Of a stretch of DNA of 62,271 nt, positions 18,755 to 28,550 are shown piece after piece; positions within the stretch are counted from its first letter, which is position 1, and each line of letters opens with the position of its first letter. Origin of the DNA: Deinococcales bacterium (GTDB lineage: Bacteria > Deinococcota > Deinococci > Deinococcales > JAAFIG01); assembly GCA_043778225.1 (NCBI GenBank), contig JAYWGM010000099.1, positions 1 to 62,271 of the forward strand, read 5' to 3'. The notes beneath the pieces were generated by a model, which searched no databases, had not been told where the DNA came from, and was given only the letters and a program-made list of their open reading frames with translations. Both the position numbers and the translations under genes were made by a program.

Positions 18755-19460
18755 TGGAATACCAGAGCCTAGTCCTCGAGTGTCTGAGTTTGCCAGTCCT
18801 CGAGTTGCTGAGTTTGACAGTCCTCGAGTTGCTGAGTTTGACAGTCCTCGAGTGTCTGAGTCCAATCCATCTCGAGTCCGTCCATGGCGTTTACGGCTGA
18901 ACGGCTGGTTGCGCTGGCTGCATATTTACACTTCAATGCTCAGTTTAATTATCGTGCTGTTTTTTTCGGTCACAGGCATCACCTTAAATCATCCCAATTG
19001 GCTGTTTGGCACAGCCGAGACTCGAGTCGAAAAAACGGGTATTCTGCCCAGTGCTTGGCGCTCGGGCGACGACATCAACTGGCTGGTGGTGGTCGAGCAT
19101 CTGCGGGCTACCGATGGGGTACAAGGCAGGGCAGCCGATTTTCGTTCTGACAGTTCCGAAGCCTCGTTGCGTTTTGCTGCGCCAGGCTACACCGCCGATG
19201 GTTTTATCAACACCAAGACTGGCGCATATACCTTGAGCATCTCGAGTCAGGGCTTTGTGGCTGCGATCAACGATTTTCACCGTGGACGCAATGCGGGTGG
19301 TGTTTGGGCGGTGCTGATTGATGTGGCTGGTTGGTTTTTGGTGCTGATTTCTTTAACCGGTTTAGGCTTACTTTTTTACCTCAAAAAAATCCGTGTTGCC
19401 GCCATCCTGAGCATGTTACTTGGCGGCGGTATCATGATTGCCCTGATGCACTTTTTCTAA
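18732..19460 (+). CDS. PepSY-associated TM helix protein
   Basis: RWLHIY, SVTGITLNHP, DFHRGR; TTG start after GGAGG. Confidence 0.85.
   Translation: MSSAQKASGIPEPSPRVSEFASPRVAEFDSPRVAEFDSPRVSESNPSRVRPWRLRLNGWLRWLHIYTSMLSLIIVLFFSVTGITLNHPNWLFGTAETRVEKTGILPSAWRSGDDINWLVVVEHLRATDGVQGRAADFRSDSSEASLRFAAPGYTADGFINTKTGAYTLSISSQGFVAAINDFHRGRNAGGVWAVLIDVAGWFLVLISLTGLGLLFYLKKIRVAAILSMLLGGGIMIALMHFF
18771..18860 (+). repeat. 24-bp tandem repeat, about 4 units, each with CTCGAG
   Basis: AGTCCTCGAGT(GT/TG)CTGAGTTTG(C/A)C, encoding SPRV(S/A)EF(A/D). Confidence 0.9.
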
Positions 19461-19903
19461 GGAGCTTTGAATTGAGCATAGCCACCCGAAGCCACAAAAG
19501 CACCTTCGAGGTCTTCTACTTTACGAGTCGGTGTGTTGAGTTTATTGCCCGGTAATGTACCTGCGTAGACTTCGAGTGCATCGGTATAACCATCGCCATC
19601 GCTGTCTAATTTTTTAAGCAACACCTTAAAGAGTGCATCCTTGATGCGGGCATCGGCAGAAGCGGTGCGGTTGGTATCTTCGCGGAAGGTATCCCGCAGA
19701 TTTTTACCAAATGGATTCCACGGCGAAGCACCAGTGCTATTGATATGACAGTAGGTACAGGCTACGGCTCGAGTTCCATCTTCGCGGTCTGGCTCAAGCT
19801 TAAATTGGGCAATCGCCGCCAAGCGGTACTGATTTTTGGCAACCCCACTGCTGGCAAAACCAAGGACTACCAGACCAACCATTACAAAAAGCATCGGTTT
19901 CAT
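19457..19903 (-). CDS. Secreted monoheme c-type cytochrome with DxDGDG Ca-binding-like repeat
   Basis: Signal peptide, CTYCH, NPFG, DSDGDGYTD. Confidence 0.75.
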   Translation of the reverse strand: MKPMLFVMVGLVVLGFASSGVAKNQYRLAAIAQFKLEPDREDGTRAVACTYCHINSTGASPWNPFGKNLRDTFREDTNRTASADARIKDALFKVLLKKLDSDGDGYTDALEVYAGTLPGNKLNTPTRKVEDLEGAFVASGGYAQFKAP

Positions 19904-20022
19904 GAGTGTAAGCATAACGTATCGCCATGAAAAAAAGGTGTTGCTCGGCTTAACAAAAATTAAAGTCTCGAGTTGCAATTTTAGAACCCATCGAAAGTCC
20001 AGATTGGCTTACACTACCGGCT

Positions 20023-21819
20023 ATGACCTTACCCAAACGCAGTCAGCTACCAGTCGAACAAACATGGAGTCTCGAGACCGTCTTTGCTTCCGAGCAGGAT
20101 TGGCGGCTGGCACTCGAGGCGGTTCGGGCTTCTGGAACGCAATTAGCGGTTTTTCAGGGGCGTTTAGCCGAATCTGGTGCGCTGCTGCTCGAGGCACTGC
20201 AAACCCAAGACCGCTTGTTTTTGGCAGCCCAAATCATGACCATGTACCCAAGCCTCTTGAGTGCCACCGAAGGCACAAATACCCATTACTCGAGCCTGAG
20301 CGCCGAGGCTGGGGCGGCTTCTTCGGCATTGGCTGGCGCGGCAGCCTTTATGCGCCCCGAGTTATTGACCTTAACGCCAGAGCAACTGCAAGCAATGATG
20401 CGAGACGAACCTCAACTTGGGGTTTACCAGCATTCTTTGCACATCTTGGCACAACAAAAAGACCATGTTCGCAGTCCCGAAATTGAGCGGCTTTTGGCAC
20501 AAGTCCAAGAACCGCTTGGTTCGGCTTCGGCAATTTCTGAAGCTGCCTCAGATGCCGATATGAAATTTGCCCCAATTGCTGGAGGTGTCGTGGTTTCACA
20601 CACCAGTGTTGGCGAATTGCTATCTGGCACAGACTCGAGTGTCCGCAAAGCCGCTTGGGAATCGTATGCCGATGGTCATTTGGCGTTTCAGAACACGTTA
20701 GCCGCGACTTTACAGGGCAGCATCAAAGCCTATGTTTTTAATGCCCAAGCCCGTGGCTATGGCAGCAGCCTCGAGATGAGCCTGAGTAACAATCATATTC
20801 CAGTCCAAGTTTTTGAGAACCTGCTCGAGACCTTCAAAGCCAATTTACCAACGTGGCATCGCTATTGGGCATTGCGAAAAAAAGCCATGGGCGGAGAACT
20901 GCATACCTACGACATCCCAATTTACGATTCGCCAGCGCCGTTGATAGCCAGTCCAAAAATGAGCTTTGCAGAAGCCAGCCGTGTCATTCTCGAGGGCATG
21001 AAACCACTTGGGGCAAATTATCACGCCATCATGCAAAAAGGTTTATTCGAGCAGCGCTGGGTGGATTGGGGACAGAACGAAGGCAAGGGCGCTGGGGCAT
21101 TCTCGAGTGGCGCACAAGGCACACATCCCTTTATTTTCCAGAGTTGGTCGGATGATTTATACAGTATGTCCACACTGGCGCACGAACTTGGACATTCGAT
21201 GCACTCGTATCTAACCCGCACCACCCAACCGACGGTCTATGCCGAGTACGGCTTATTTGTTGCCGAGGTCGCCAGCAATTTTAACCAAGCCATGGTTCGG
21301 GCTGACTTACTTAAAAAAGCTGACTCCAAAGAAACGAAACTGGCAATTCTTGAGGAAGCCTTTGCCAATTTTCACCGCTATTTATTTGTGATGCCAACCC
21401 TTGCGCTGTTTGAGCGCGAGTTGTACAGCCACATCGAAAGCGGCGGCGCAATCAACGCGCCCTACCTTTCGGAGCGGTTGGTGGCACTCTTGTCCCAAGG
21501 CTACGGCGGTCATGTGACCATAGATGCCGAACGGCTTGGTTCTGGTTGGATGAACTTTGGGCATTTGTACGCCCCGTTTTATGTCTATCAGTACGCCACG
21601 GGGATTGCTGCCGCCAATGCGCTGGCTAAGGATGTTCTCGAGCAAGGACAAGTCGCCGCCGAAAATTACTTGCGGTTTTTAAGCGCCGGCAGTTCGGACT
21701 ATCCGCTCGAGGTACTCAAATTGGCGGGCATCGACATGAGCCGTCCCGAGCCAGTGCAACGTGGCTTTGAAGTCTTAAAAAGCATGGTGGATGAACTCGA
21801 GCAACTGCTCAACGGGTAA
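20023..21819 (+). CDS. pepF: Oligoendopeptidase F (M3B)
   Basis: TLAHELGHSMH, AEVASNFNQ, FYVYQYATG. Confidence 0.95.
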   Translation: MTLPKRSQLPVEQTWSLETVFASEQDWRLALEAVRASGTQLAVFQGRLAESGALLLEALQTQDRLFLAAQIMTMYPSLLSATEGTNTHYSSLSAEAGAASSALAGAAAFMRPELLTLTPEQLQAMMRDEPQLGVYQHSLHILAQQKDHVRSPEIERLLAQVQEPLGSASAISEAASDADMKFAPIAGGVVVSHTSVGELLSGTDSSVRKAAWESYADGHLAFQNTLAATLQGSIKAYVFNAQARGYGSSLEMSLSNNHIPVQVFENLLETFKANLPTWHRYWALRKKAMGGELHTYDIPIYDSPAPLIASPKMSFAEASRVILEGMKPLGANYHAIMQKGLFEQRWVDWGQNEGKGAGAFSSGAQGTHPFIFQSWSDDLYSMSTLAHELGHSMHSYLTRTTQPTVYAEYGLFVAEVASNFNQAMVRADLLKKADSKETKLAILEEAFANFHRYLFVMPTLALFERELYSHIESGGAINAPYLSERLVALLSQGYGGHVTIDAERLGSGWMNFGHLYAPFYVYQYATGIAAANALAKDVLEQGQVAAENYLRFLSAGSSDYPLEVLKLAGIDMSRPEPVQRGFEVLKSMVDELEQLLNG

Positions 21820-22222
21820 ATAATTCGTCCTTGCCGCCCTCGTGGCAGTCTTTACACAAGGCTTGTCCATTTGAACCGCCCGCCCCAAGGCTGTACTTGC
21901 CATTTCTTGGAAAGTATTCTTCGTAATACCAACCCGTGCTGCGTTTGTACATCACGGCAACAAAGCCCGGACTCGAGACTTGACCACTGGTTTTAAGCAC
22001 CACACTGCCGACGGGTAACTTGCCAGCTTTTTTCCAAACTGCCGCCGCGATATTGTTGGCAAAGACTTGTTTGGCTTGCCCACTGTGCGGTCCATCGGTT
22101 TTGAGATTTTTTGCCACGACCATCCATTTTTCAAAACCCAACAAGGATTTTGGCAAGCCAACAATCCCAGCCGCAAAAGCCATGCTTGCCAATACCAAGA
22201 ACGCCAAGATGTATTTGGTCAT
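21809..22222 (-). CDS. Cytochrome P460 family protein
   Basis: Signal peptide, VFAN, PVGSVVLK, VMYK...GWYY, C-terminal CKDCH. Confidence 0.75.
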   Translation of the reverse strand: MTKYILAFLVLASMAFAAGIVGLPKSLLGFEKWMVVAKNLKTDGPHSGQAKQVFANNIAAAVWKKAGKLPVGSVVLKTSGQVSSPGFVAVMYKRSTGWYYEEYFPRNGKYSLGAGGSNGQALCKDCHEGGKDELFTR

Positions 22223-22280
22223 ACCTAAGTCTACGCGCCACCAAGCAAAAAAGTTCAGAACCGAGTCATAATCAATTGAA

Positions 22281-23465
22281 TCAGAATCGAGTCATGACCA
22301 ATGGAACTTGCATTTCTTGGCGCGATAAAGCCCCATGTGAGCCTTTGTGTGGGCGGCTTGGGTGCTTACCGGGGTAGGTGTAACACAACTGCGCTCCATC
22401 TCGAGGCATGGCAATCAGGTCGCCAACGCGGCGGTAAAAAGTTTCTTCGCTCGGTAAGCCCCCAAACAAACCAGCCTCCCACGCCTCGGAGGTCAAAAGC
22501 GTGTGCGAAGTCACCTCAAGCATATCGCGCACTTCCTCGAGCATTCCGGGTTTGACCCGAAAAGTACGACATACGCGGTCGCCGGCTGGTGGGCTGAGTA
22601 AACACGGCATCAGGTCGCGCTGTTGCTCAAGATAAACCGTGCGCCGTTCGTTAAGATTGATTTGCCCATGGTCGGCGGTCAGCAAAAAAGCCGTTTTGCC
22701 ATTTTTTGGCAAGCGCTTGATTAAACGCCCCAAAGCATGGTCAAGGGCGCTGATTTCATCGGCGGCTTCATCGCTGGTCGGTCCGTGTTTGTGGCAAACC
22801 GAGTCGTAATCTGCCCAATAAACCACAACCACTTTGCGTCCCTCGAGTTGCAGCGCGTTGCTTGCCACACTGGCGCAAGTGTTGGGGGTCAGGTAGCCAT
22901 ACTGCATCGCCCCAGACCAATACCATTCGTTAAGCCATGTGCCACGGTACTGGGTTGGTGCAACCGAATACGCCCCAATGCCACGCCGCTCGAGTTTGGA
23001 ATAGATGCTTTCGCTTTGCTTCAAAAAATCGGGCTGCTCGAGTTTGGTTTGCTTTGCCATGTCCACTTGCCCAATCATTTCTGTGACCGCCCCGACTTCC
23101 TCGAGCCACAACTGATAACCCAACCAACCCGTCTGGGCTGGTGTGGCTGCCATGTGCATTCCCGTGATGGCAGCCATCGTGGTACTTGGAAAAACACTGG
23201 TTAAAGTGCTGCTGTGGCTGTCCTCGAGTAAGCCTTTAAGGGTTGGCATATCGCCAGCTGCAAGGTGTTTCTCGAGTTGCCAAGCCCCGAGTCCATCGGC
23301 AATAAAAAGCACCACTGTTTCGATACCGCGTAAATCCAAAGGCTGACGCAGTGGGGCAGCCGAGGCTTTGACATCAAAATGTTGCGCCAGACTCGAGGTT
23401 AAGTTGACAATGCTGCCGCCAGTGTAGTCAGGAAAGAGCATCGAAGTGGGGATTTGAAATGGCAC
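22281..23465 (-). CDS. Alkaline phosphatase/nucleotide pyrophosphatase family protein
   Basis: ADGLG, SVFPSTT, DSVCH, TADHG, GSHG. Confidence 0.9.
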   Translation of the reverse strand: MPFQIPTSMLFPDYTGGSIVNLTSSLAQHFDVKASAAPLRQPLDLRGIETVVLFIADGLGAWQLEKHLAAGDMPTLKGLLEDSHSSTLTSVFPSTTMAAITGMHMAATPAQTGWLGYQLWLEEVGAVTEMIGQVDMAKQTKLEQPDFLKQSESIYSKLERRGIGAYSVAPTQYRGTWLNEWYWSGAMQYGYLTPNTCASVASNALQLEGRKVVVVYWADYDSVCHKHGPTSDEAADEISALDHALGRLIKRLPKNGKTAFLLTADHGQINLNERRTVYLEQQRDLMPCLLSPPAGDRVCRTFRVKPGMLEEVRDMLEVTSHTLLTSEAWEAGLFGGLPSEETFYRRVGDLIAMPRDGAQLCYTYPGKHPSRPHKGSHGALSRQEMQVPLVMTRF

Positions 23466-23590
23466 GCCATCAGCTTATCATTTGTATCCAGCAAAGTAAT
23501 GATTTACCCCATTCAAGCCATTTTCTGAAATTGCGCCAAGATGATACGCAACATGAGCCACAAGCCAAATACCAAGTGTGAGCCTCCAAT

Positions 23591-23621
23591 AAAAAAGCTC
23601 GAGACAAATTGTCTCGAGCTT
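23591..23621 (-). terminator. Intrinsic terminator with CTCGAG in both arms
   Basis: AAGCTCGAGAC-aaatt-GTCTCGAGCTT plus A-run. Confidence 0.8.
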
Positions 23622-23632
23622 GCTAAACAGGC

Positions 23633-24787
23633 TTATTTACTTGGTTCGTCAGCAATTTCACCAGTCACGCCAGGCGCAACCCAAGACATGGTATTTAACT
23701 CAAGAATGCTGGCAGTACGTCCGGCTGGGATTCGCAAAATACCTTTGCGGTCACGAATCGGACCTGTAAAAGGGTGAAAGGTTGGCTTAGCAGCCGACAT
23801 TTTCTTCTCGAGGTCCAAAACACGGTCATAGACCGAAACGGTTTTTGTGCCAACCTTGAGGGTGGCTTTTTTCAGGGCATCCACGTATTTGGCGTTAATC
23901 GTTAAGCTCTCTTCTGCGCCAAGCTCGACTGCTTTGTCTTTTAAGAGCCACCAGTAATCCACATTCTGCAAGTTCTTGGTGGTATACGCACCACTCATGA
24001 CTTTTTTGAGGATGTCAATATAAATTTTTTCCCAGTGAACAATCTGCCCAGAAACCACGGTGTCGGGTGCAAATTTATACATTGGGCTATAATGCCCAAA
24101 GCTCGGGATGCCCTTTTTACCAGCCACTTGCACAACAGTAGCGGTATCTTCGGTAAATGCCAAGACATCGTTGCCTTCGCTCATCAATGCTTCGGCGGCT
24201 TCTTTGGCTTTGGCTGGGTCAAACCAAGCGTTAATCCATTTGACATTGACCGTCGCTTTTGGATTGGCAGCCCTTGCGCCTAAGGCATAAGCGCTGATAT
24301 GGCGTTTAAGTTCTGGAATCGGGAACGCACCGACATAACCAAGTTTTCCAGTCTTAGATAGCGCACCCGCCATCAAGCCATTGAGGTAGTAAATTTCATA
24401 AAAATCTGCCATATAGGTCAGCATATTTGGCGCACGCTTAAAGCCCGAAGCATGAGCAAAAATAACGTCTGGGTACTTGTTGGCAGCTTCTAAGGTCTGA
24501 TCCATATAACCAAAGCTGGTGGTAAAAATGACTTTGCAGCCTTGAGTCACCAAGCGGTCTATGGTTGGTAAGGCATTGCCTTCCGGGACGCTCTCGACAT
24601 ATTTGGTCTCGAGATTTGGAATGGCTTTTTCGGTCAGCAGCCGCCCGCTATTGTGGGCATAGGTCCAACCAATATCGCCAATCGGTCCAATATAAGTAAA
24701 ACACGCCATCAGTTTTTTATCCTGCGCTGAAGCCATCATCGAGACCGCTAGGGCAGCAGCCGCTAAACCAATCAATCCTTTTTTCAT
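23633..24787 (-). CDS. BMP family ABC substrate-binding protein
   Basis: GPIGDIGWTYAH, FTTSFGY, WFDPAK; AGGAGG RBS. Confidence 0.9.
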   Translation of the reverse strand: MKKGLIGLAAAALAVSMMASAQDKKLMACFTYIGPIGDIGWTYAHNSGRLLTEKAIPNLETKYVESVPEGNALPTIDRLVTQGCKVIFTTSFGYMDQTLEAANKYPDVIFAHASGFKRAPNMLTYMADFYEIYYLNGLMAGALSKTGKLGYVGAFPIPELKRHISAYALGARAANPKATVNVKWINAWFDPAKAKEAAEALMSEGNDVLAFTEDTATVVQVAGKKGIPSFGHYSPMYKFAPDTVVSGQIVHWEKIYIDILKKVMSGAYTTKNLQNVDYWWLLKDKAVELGAEESLTINAKYVDALKKATLKVGTKTVSVYDRVLDLEKKMSAAKPTFHPFTGPIRDRKGILRIPAGRTASILELNTMSWVAPGVTGEIADEPSK

Positions 24788-24978
24788 ACATCCTCCTGCT
24801 CCACACCTTTGGAGCTTAACGGTATTGTAACTTGTAAAAGCGCACAACGCAAAGTGTACAAATGACATTTTTTGCATGGACACTTTGCAAAAATACTCGA
24901 GAAAATTAATCTTGACTTAAAAATTTGAGACTGCATAAAAAACACTTTTTGCAAGTAGAAACCATGCTAGGATTTTTT

Positions 24979-26028
24979 ATGCTCGAGAAATTACGTGAAA
25001 GACTAACTCAACTCGAGTTAGATGGTCTGTGGGTTGCCAAACCCGAAAACATTCGCTATTTAACTGGCTTCACCACCCCCAAAGATGCCAAGTTATTGGT
25101 TACGCACAACGAAATTTGGCTCTATACCGACCCACGCTACACCACCCAAGCCAAACTCGAAGCTCGAGTACCCGTCCATATTGCCCGTTTTGAAGCGGTT
25201 TATGAACACGCCAAACAATTTACGCAAGACAAAAAAATTGGTTTTGAAGCCGATGCGGTGATGTACTCGAGTTACGAAGCCCTCTCCGAATACTTGGGCG
25301 CAACTTTACAGGGCATAACCGATGTGATTGAACCGATGCGCTTGTGCAAAAATCCCGAGGAAATCAAAACGATTCATAGCGCTGCCAAAATTGCTGATGC
25401 TGCTTTAGAAGCACTGCTGCCCAAACTGGCGGTTGGCATCACCGAACGCGATTTTGCACTGCTGCTTGAATTTGAAATGCGGCGGTCTGGCGCGGATGCT
25501 GCCGCCTTTGAAATTATTGTTGCCAGTGGTGAACGGAGCGCCATGCCACATGGTACGGCTGGGACTCGAGTAATCCAAGAAGGCGACCTCGTGACCATAG
25601 ACTGGGGTGCTGCCCTGAATGGTTATCATTCTGATTGCACTCGTGCCTACCCAATCGGTGAAATCTCGAGCCAGTTAAAGCAGATGTACAACGCGGTACT
25701 CGAGGCAAATCTGCTGGCAATTAGCCATGTTAAGGCGGGTGTTGGCTGCAAAGAACTCGATACGATTGCCCGTGAATACCTAAAAACGCAAGGTTACGAC
25801 GAAGCCTTTGCTCATAGCCTTGGGCATGGGGTTGGGCTGGCAATTCATGAAGCCCCAACCCTTTCGCAACGTGCCGAAGACAATGCGGTACTCGAGGTTG
25901 GCACGATTGTGACAATCGAACCGGGGGTGTACCTCGAGGGTATTGGTGGAGTGCGAATTGAGGATTTACTGCTGGTTACAGAAAATGGCTGTGAAATCCT
26001 GACTGGGTTGCCCAAGCCAGGGTTGTAA
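24979..26028 (+). CDS. Xaa-Pro aminopeptidase (M24B)
   Basis: HSLGHGVGLAIHE, TIEPGVY, GVRIED. Confidence 0.95.
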   Translation: MLEKLRERLTQLELDGLWVAKPENIRYLTGFTTPKDAKLLVTHNEIWLYTDPRYTTQAKLEARVPVHIARFEAVYEHAKQFTQDKKIGFEADAVMYSSYEALSEYLGATLQGITDVIEPMRLCKNPEEIKTIHSAAKIADAALEALLPKLAVGITERDFALLLEFEMRRSGADAAAFEIIVASGERSAMPHGTAGTRVIQEGDLVTIDWGAALNGYHSDCTRAYPIGEISSQLKQMYNAVLEANLLAISHVKAGVGCKELDTIAREYLKTQGYDEAFAHSLGHGVGLAIHEAPTLSQRAEDNAVLEVGTIVTIEPGVYLEGIGGVRIEDLLLVTENGCEILTGLPKPGL

Positions 26029-26037
26029 GAAAGACAA

Positions 26038-26970
26038 TTGGATACTGTGAGCGATTTTTATTTTGTCTACGTTGATGATTATGGTGACTCGAGTAACGAT
26101 TTGAGCGACCCAAAACAACCTATTTTTTCTTTGACTGCGGCATTTGTAAAAGCAGAGCATTGGATGAGTTTAGAAATGGAGTTACTGGGTATCATAGAAA
26201 GATTCCAAACTGAGCATGGTATTTCTTTGGAGAGACTTCACGCTGTTGAAATTTATCAACGGTCAGGAGGATTCCGAAAATTAAGTACGGGAATAATGCT
26301 TGATTTATTTGAAGAGATTCTAAAAATTATTGCCAGCCACGAAGTTAAGTTTGTTTCTGCACTTTCAGAAAAACAAAAATTAAAGGAATTCTTAGCCAAC
26401 GCAATTGAGTCAAGAAAACAAAATGATGCCAAAGTTAATACAAATTATCTCGAAACACTTTTGCAAGATGGCAAGTTCATGCTTCCAGCTTACGTTCATG
26501 GGTTTGCAGAAATGATGTCCGCAGTAGACCTAGCATTAGAAAAATTAAATGCTTATGGTATTTTGATTGTTGACCAACAAGAACAATTCAGAAAATATGA
26601 ATCCACTCCTATACACAAAATTCTGCGTGCATCAAATAGCATCAGTCGAATTCTCGAAAACCCTATCTACAGAGACTCTCGAGTTCAGGTACTTTTGTGC
26701 ATTCCCGATTTTCTTGGATATGTCGTTGGCGGAGTGATACACGACGAATACTCAAGAAAAGGAAAAGAGCGTCCCAAATTAAAAGAGTGGCTTGGATCAA
26801 TTGTTAAGCCCATGCAGATAGATGTTAATCGAACAGGTTTACCCGAGCAAAGTCTAATTAAACATGGTTTGATTCATGATGCTTTTTCCATGGAAGAAAT
26901 GTTCCAACGTAAAAACACGCTTGGTGTCATTCCAATTTCCCGAATCAGAAATACCGAAAAAAACGAGTGA
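26038..26970 (+). CDS. DUF3800 domain protein (RNase H-like fold)
   Basis: N-terminal YVDDYGD, LHAVEIY, ILIVD and late DS...PDF motifs; AT-rich. Confidence 0.7.
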   Translation: MDTVSDFYFVYVDDYGDSSNDLSDPKQPIFSLTAAFVKAEHWMSLEMELLGIIERFQTEHGISLERLHAVEIYQRSGGFRKLSTGIMLDLFEEILKIIASHEVKFVSALSEKQKLKEFLANAIESRKQNDAKVNTNYLETLLQDGKFMLPAYVHGFAEMMSAVDLALEKLNAYGILIVDQQEQFRKYESTPIHKILRASNSISRILENPIYRDSRVQVLLCIPDFLGYVVGGVIHDEYSRKGKERPKLKEWLGSIVKPMQIDVNRTGLPEQSLIKHGLIHDAFSMEEMFQRKNTLGVIPISRIRNTEKNE

Positions 26971-27040
26971 GGCGGATTCCGAATCCCCGTCCGAGCTTTC
27001 GCCAGTAAGTACGAAGAAATTCCGTCCGCCCCTCTAGTCT
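26960..27040 (+). ncRNA. Candidate structured RNA 3' of DUF3800 gene
   Basis: GGCGGA (26971-76) pairs with TCCGCC (27025-30), extended by GAG/CTC; overlaps stop codon; no U-tail. Confidence 0.55.
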
Positions 27041-27191
27041 ACTATAGTAAACTAATAAATAGAAGATGTCATGAGAAATGCCAGTACATTTTGCCATACA
27101 AATTTATCCTAAAGCACCTTGGCAGAAGCTCGAGAAGCGTGTAACCTGTTGTAAAGAGTCCTAAAAGGATTCAGGTATTTTTGAGGTATTT

Positions 27192-28541
27192 ATAAAAGCG
27201 CATTTAGTTACATACGGTTGTCAAATGAACGAATACGATACCCACGTTGTCGAGTCACAACTTGTGGCATTGGGTGTTGAACTGGTCAAAGCCATAGACG
27301 AAGCCGATTTTGTACTGGTCAATACTTGCGCCGTGCGTGGAAAACCCGTGGATAAAGTCCGAGCCGTGCTAGGCAATCTGCGCCGTGTCAAACGCGAACG
27401 CGGGCTATTGATTGGCATGATGGGCTGCTTGGCGCAACTCGAGGAAGGGCAAGAAATCGCCAAAAAATTTGAAGTGGACATCCTGCTTGGACCCGGAGCG
27501 CTTTTGGATATTGGCACAGCACTCGAGAGCAACAAACGCTTCTGGAACATGGCGTTCAAAGACGATATTCACGATTTTGTACCACCCGCCCCACAAAATA
27601 AACTCTCGGCACACCTCACGATTCAACGTGGCTGCGATCATCATTGCACCTACTGCATTGTGCCAGAAACCCGTGGACCACAAGTCTCGAGGCATCCAGA
27701 TTTGATTTTGCGCGAACTCGACTCGTTGGTGGCAGCAGGGGCGCTCGAGGTGACGCTTTTGGGGCAGAATGTCAACTCGTATGGGCATGACCAAGCTGGC
27801 TACCCAGATTTTGGCGATTTACTGCGCCAAGTTGGAGCAAGCGGCATTCCTCGAGTCAAATTTACCACCAGTCATCCGATGGATTTTTCGGACAACATTA
27901 TTGAGGCAATTGCCGAAACGCCAAATGTCTGCAAGTACATTCATCTGCCTGTGCAGAGCGGCTCAAATAAGGTTCTTAAAGCCATGGGGCGAGAGTACAG
28001 CCGCGAATGGTACCTCGAGCGAATCCAAAAAATGCGTTCTTTGATTCCAGATTTGTACATCACCACCGATTTTATTGTGGGCTTTCCAAATGAAACCTCA
28101 GCCGATTTTCTCGAGACGGTTTCTTTATACGATGCTGTACAGTACGACGCGGCGTTTATGTATATTTACAGCGCTCGCCCCGGAACACCAAGTTTTAAGC
28201 ATTTTACGGATTTACCCAAAGAAGTCAAAACCGAACGCCTCAACCGCCTGATTGAACGGCAAAAGCACTGGTCGCAACTGAAATACGCGGCACTTGTCGG
28301 GCGTGAAATCGAGTGCCTGATTCGCGGACCCGCCTATGAACCCAGTTTTGCCGAAGGGCATAGCGAAGGTAATCATGCCGTGCTTGTGCCGTTTGCCCAA
28401 GCGCCAATACCCGGAATTTACAAAGCCAAAGTCGAACACGCCACCCCACATATGCTGTATGGCAAAGTGACCCAAACGGTTAAGCAAGCCGAGTTTATGC
28501 CGTTGCAATTAAATGCGGTTCACTCGAGCAACCTGATGTAA
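27192..28541 (+). CDS. miaB: tRNA ms2i6A37 methylthiotransferase MiaB
   Basis: [22 protein letters not shown] radical SAM motif, LPVQSGS, TRAM; probable ATA start at 27192. Confidence 0.95.
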   Translation: MKAHLVTYGCQMNEYDTHVVESQLVALGVELVKAIDEADFVLVNTCAVRGKPVDKVRAVLGNLRRVKRERGLLIGMMGCLAQLEEGQEIAKKFEVDILLGPGALLDIGTALESNKRFWNMAFKDDIHDFVPPAPQNKLSAHLTIQRGCDHHCTYCIVPETRGPQVSRHPDLILRELDSLVAAGALEVTLLGQNVNSYGHDQAGYPDFGDLLRQVGASGIPRVKFTTSHPMDFSDNIIEAIAETPNVCKYIHLPVQSGSNKVLKAMGREYSREWYLERIQKMRSLIPDLYITTDFIVGFPNETSADFLETVSLYDAVQYDAAFMYIYSARPGTPSFKHFTDLPKEVKTERLNRLIERQKHWSQLKYAALVGREIECLIRGPAYEPSFAEGHSEGNHAVLVPFAQAPIPGIYKAKVEHATPHMLYGKVTQTVKQAEFMPLQLNAVHSSNLM

Positions 28542-28550
28542 ACTCTTGTT

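Noticed and set aside
18771..18860. CRISPR-like array
   Set aside because: Contiguous tandem units with no unique spacers, in-frame coding, no cas genes
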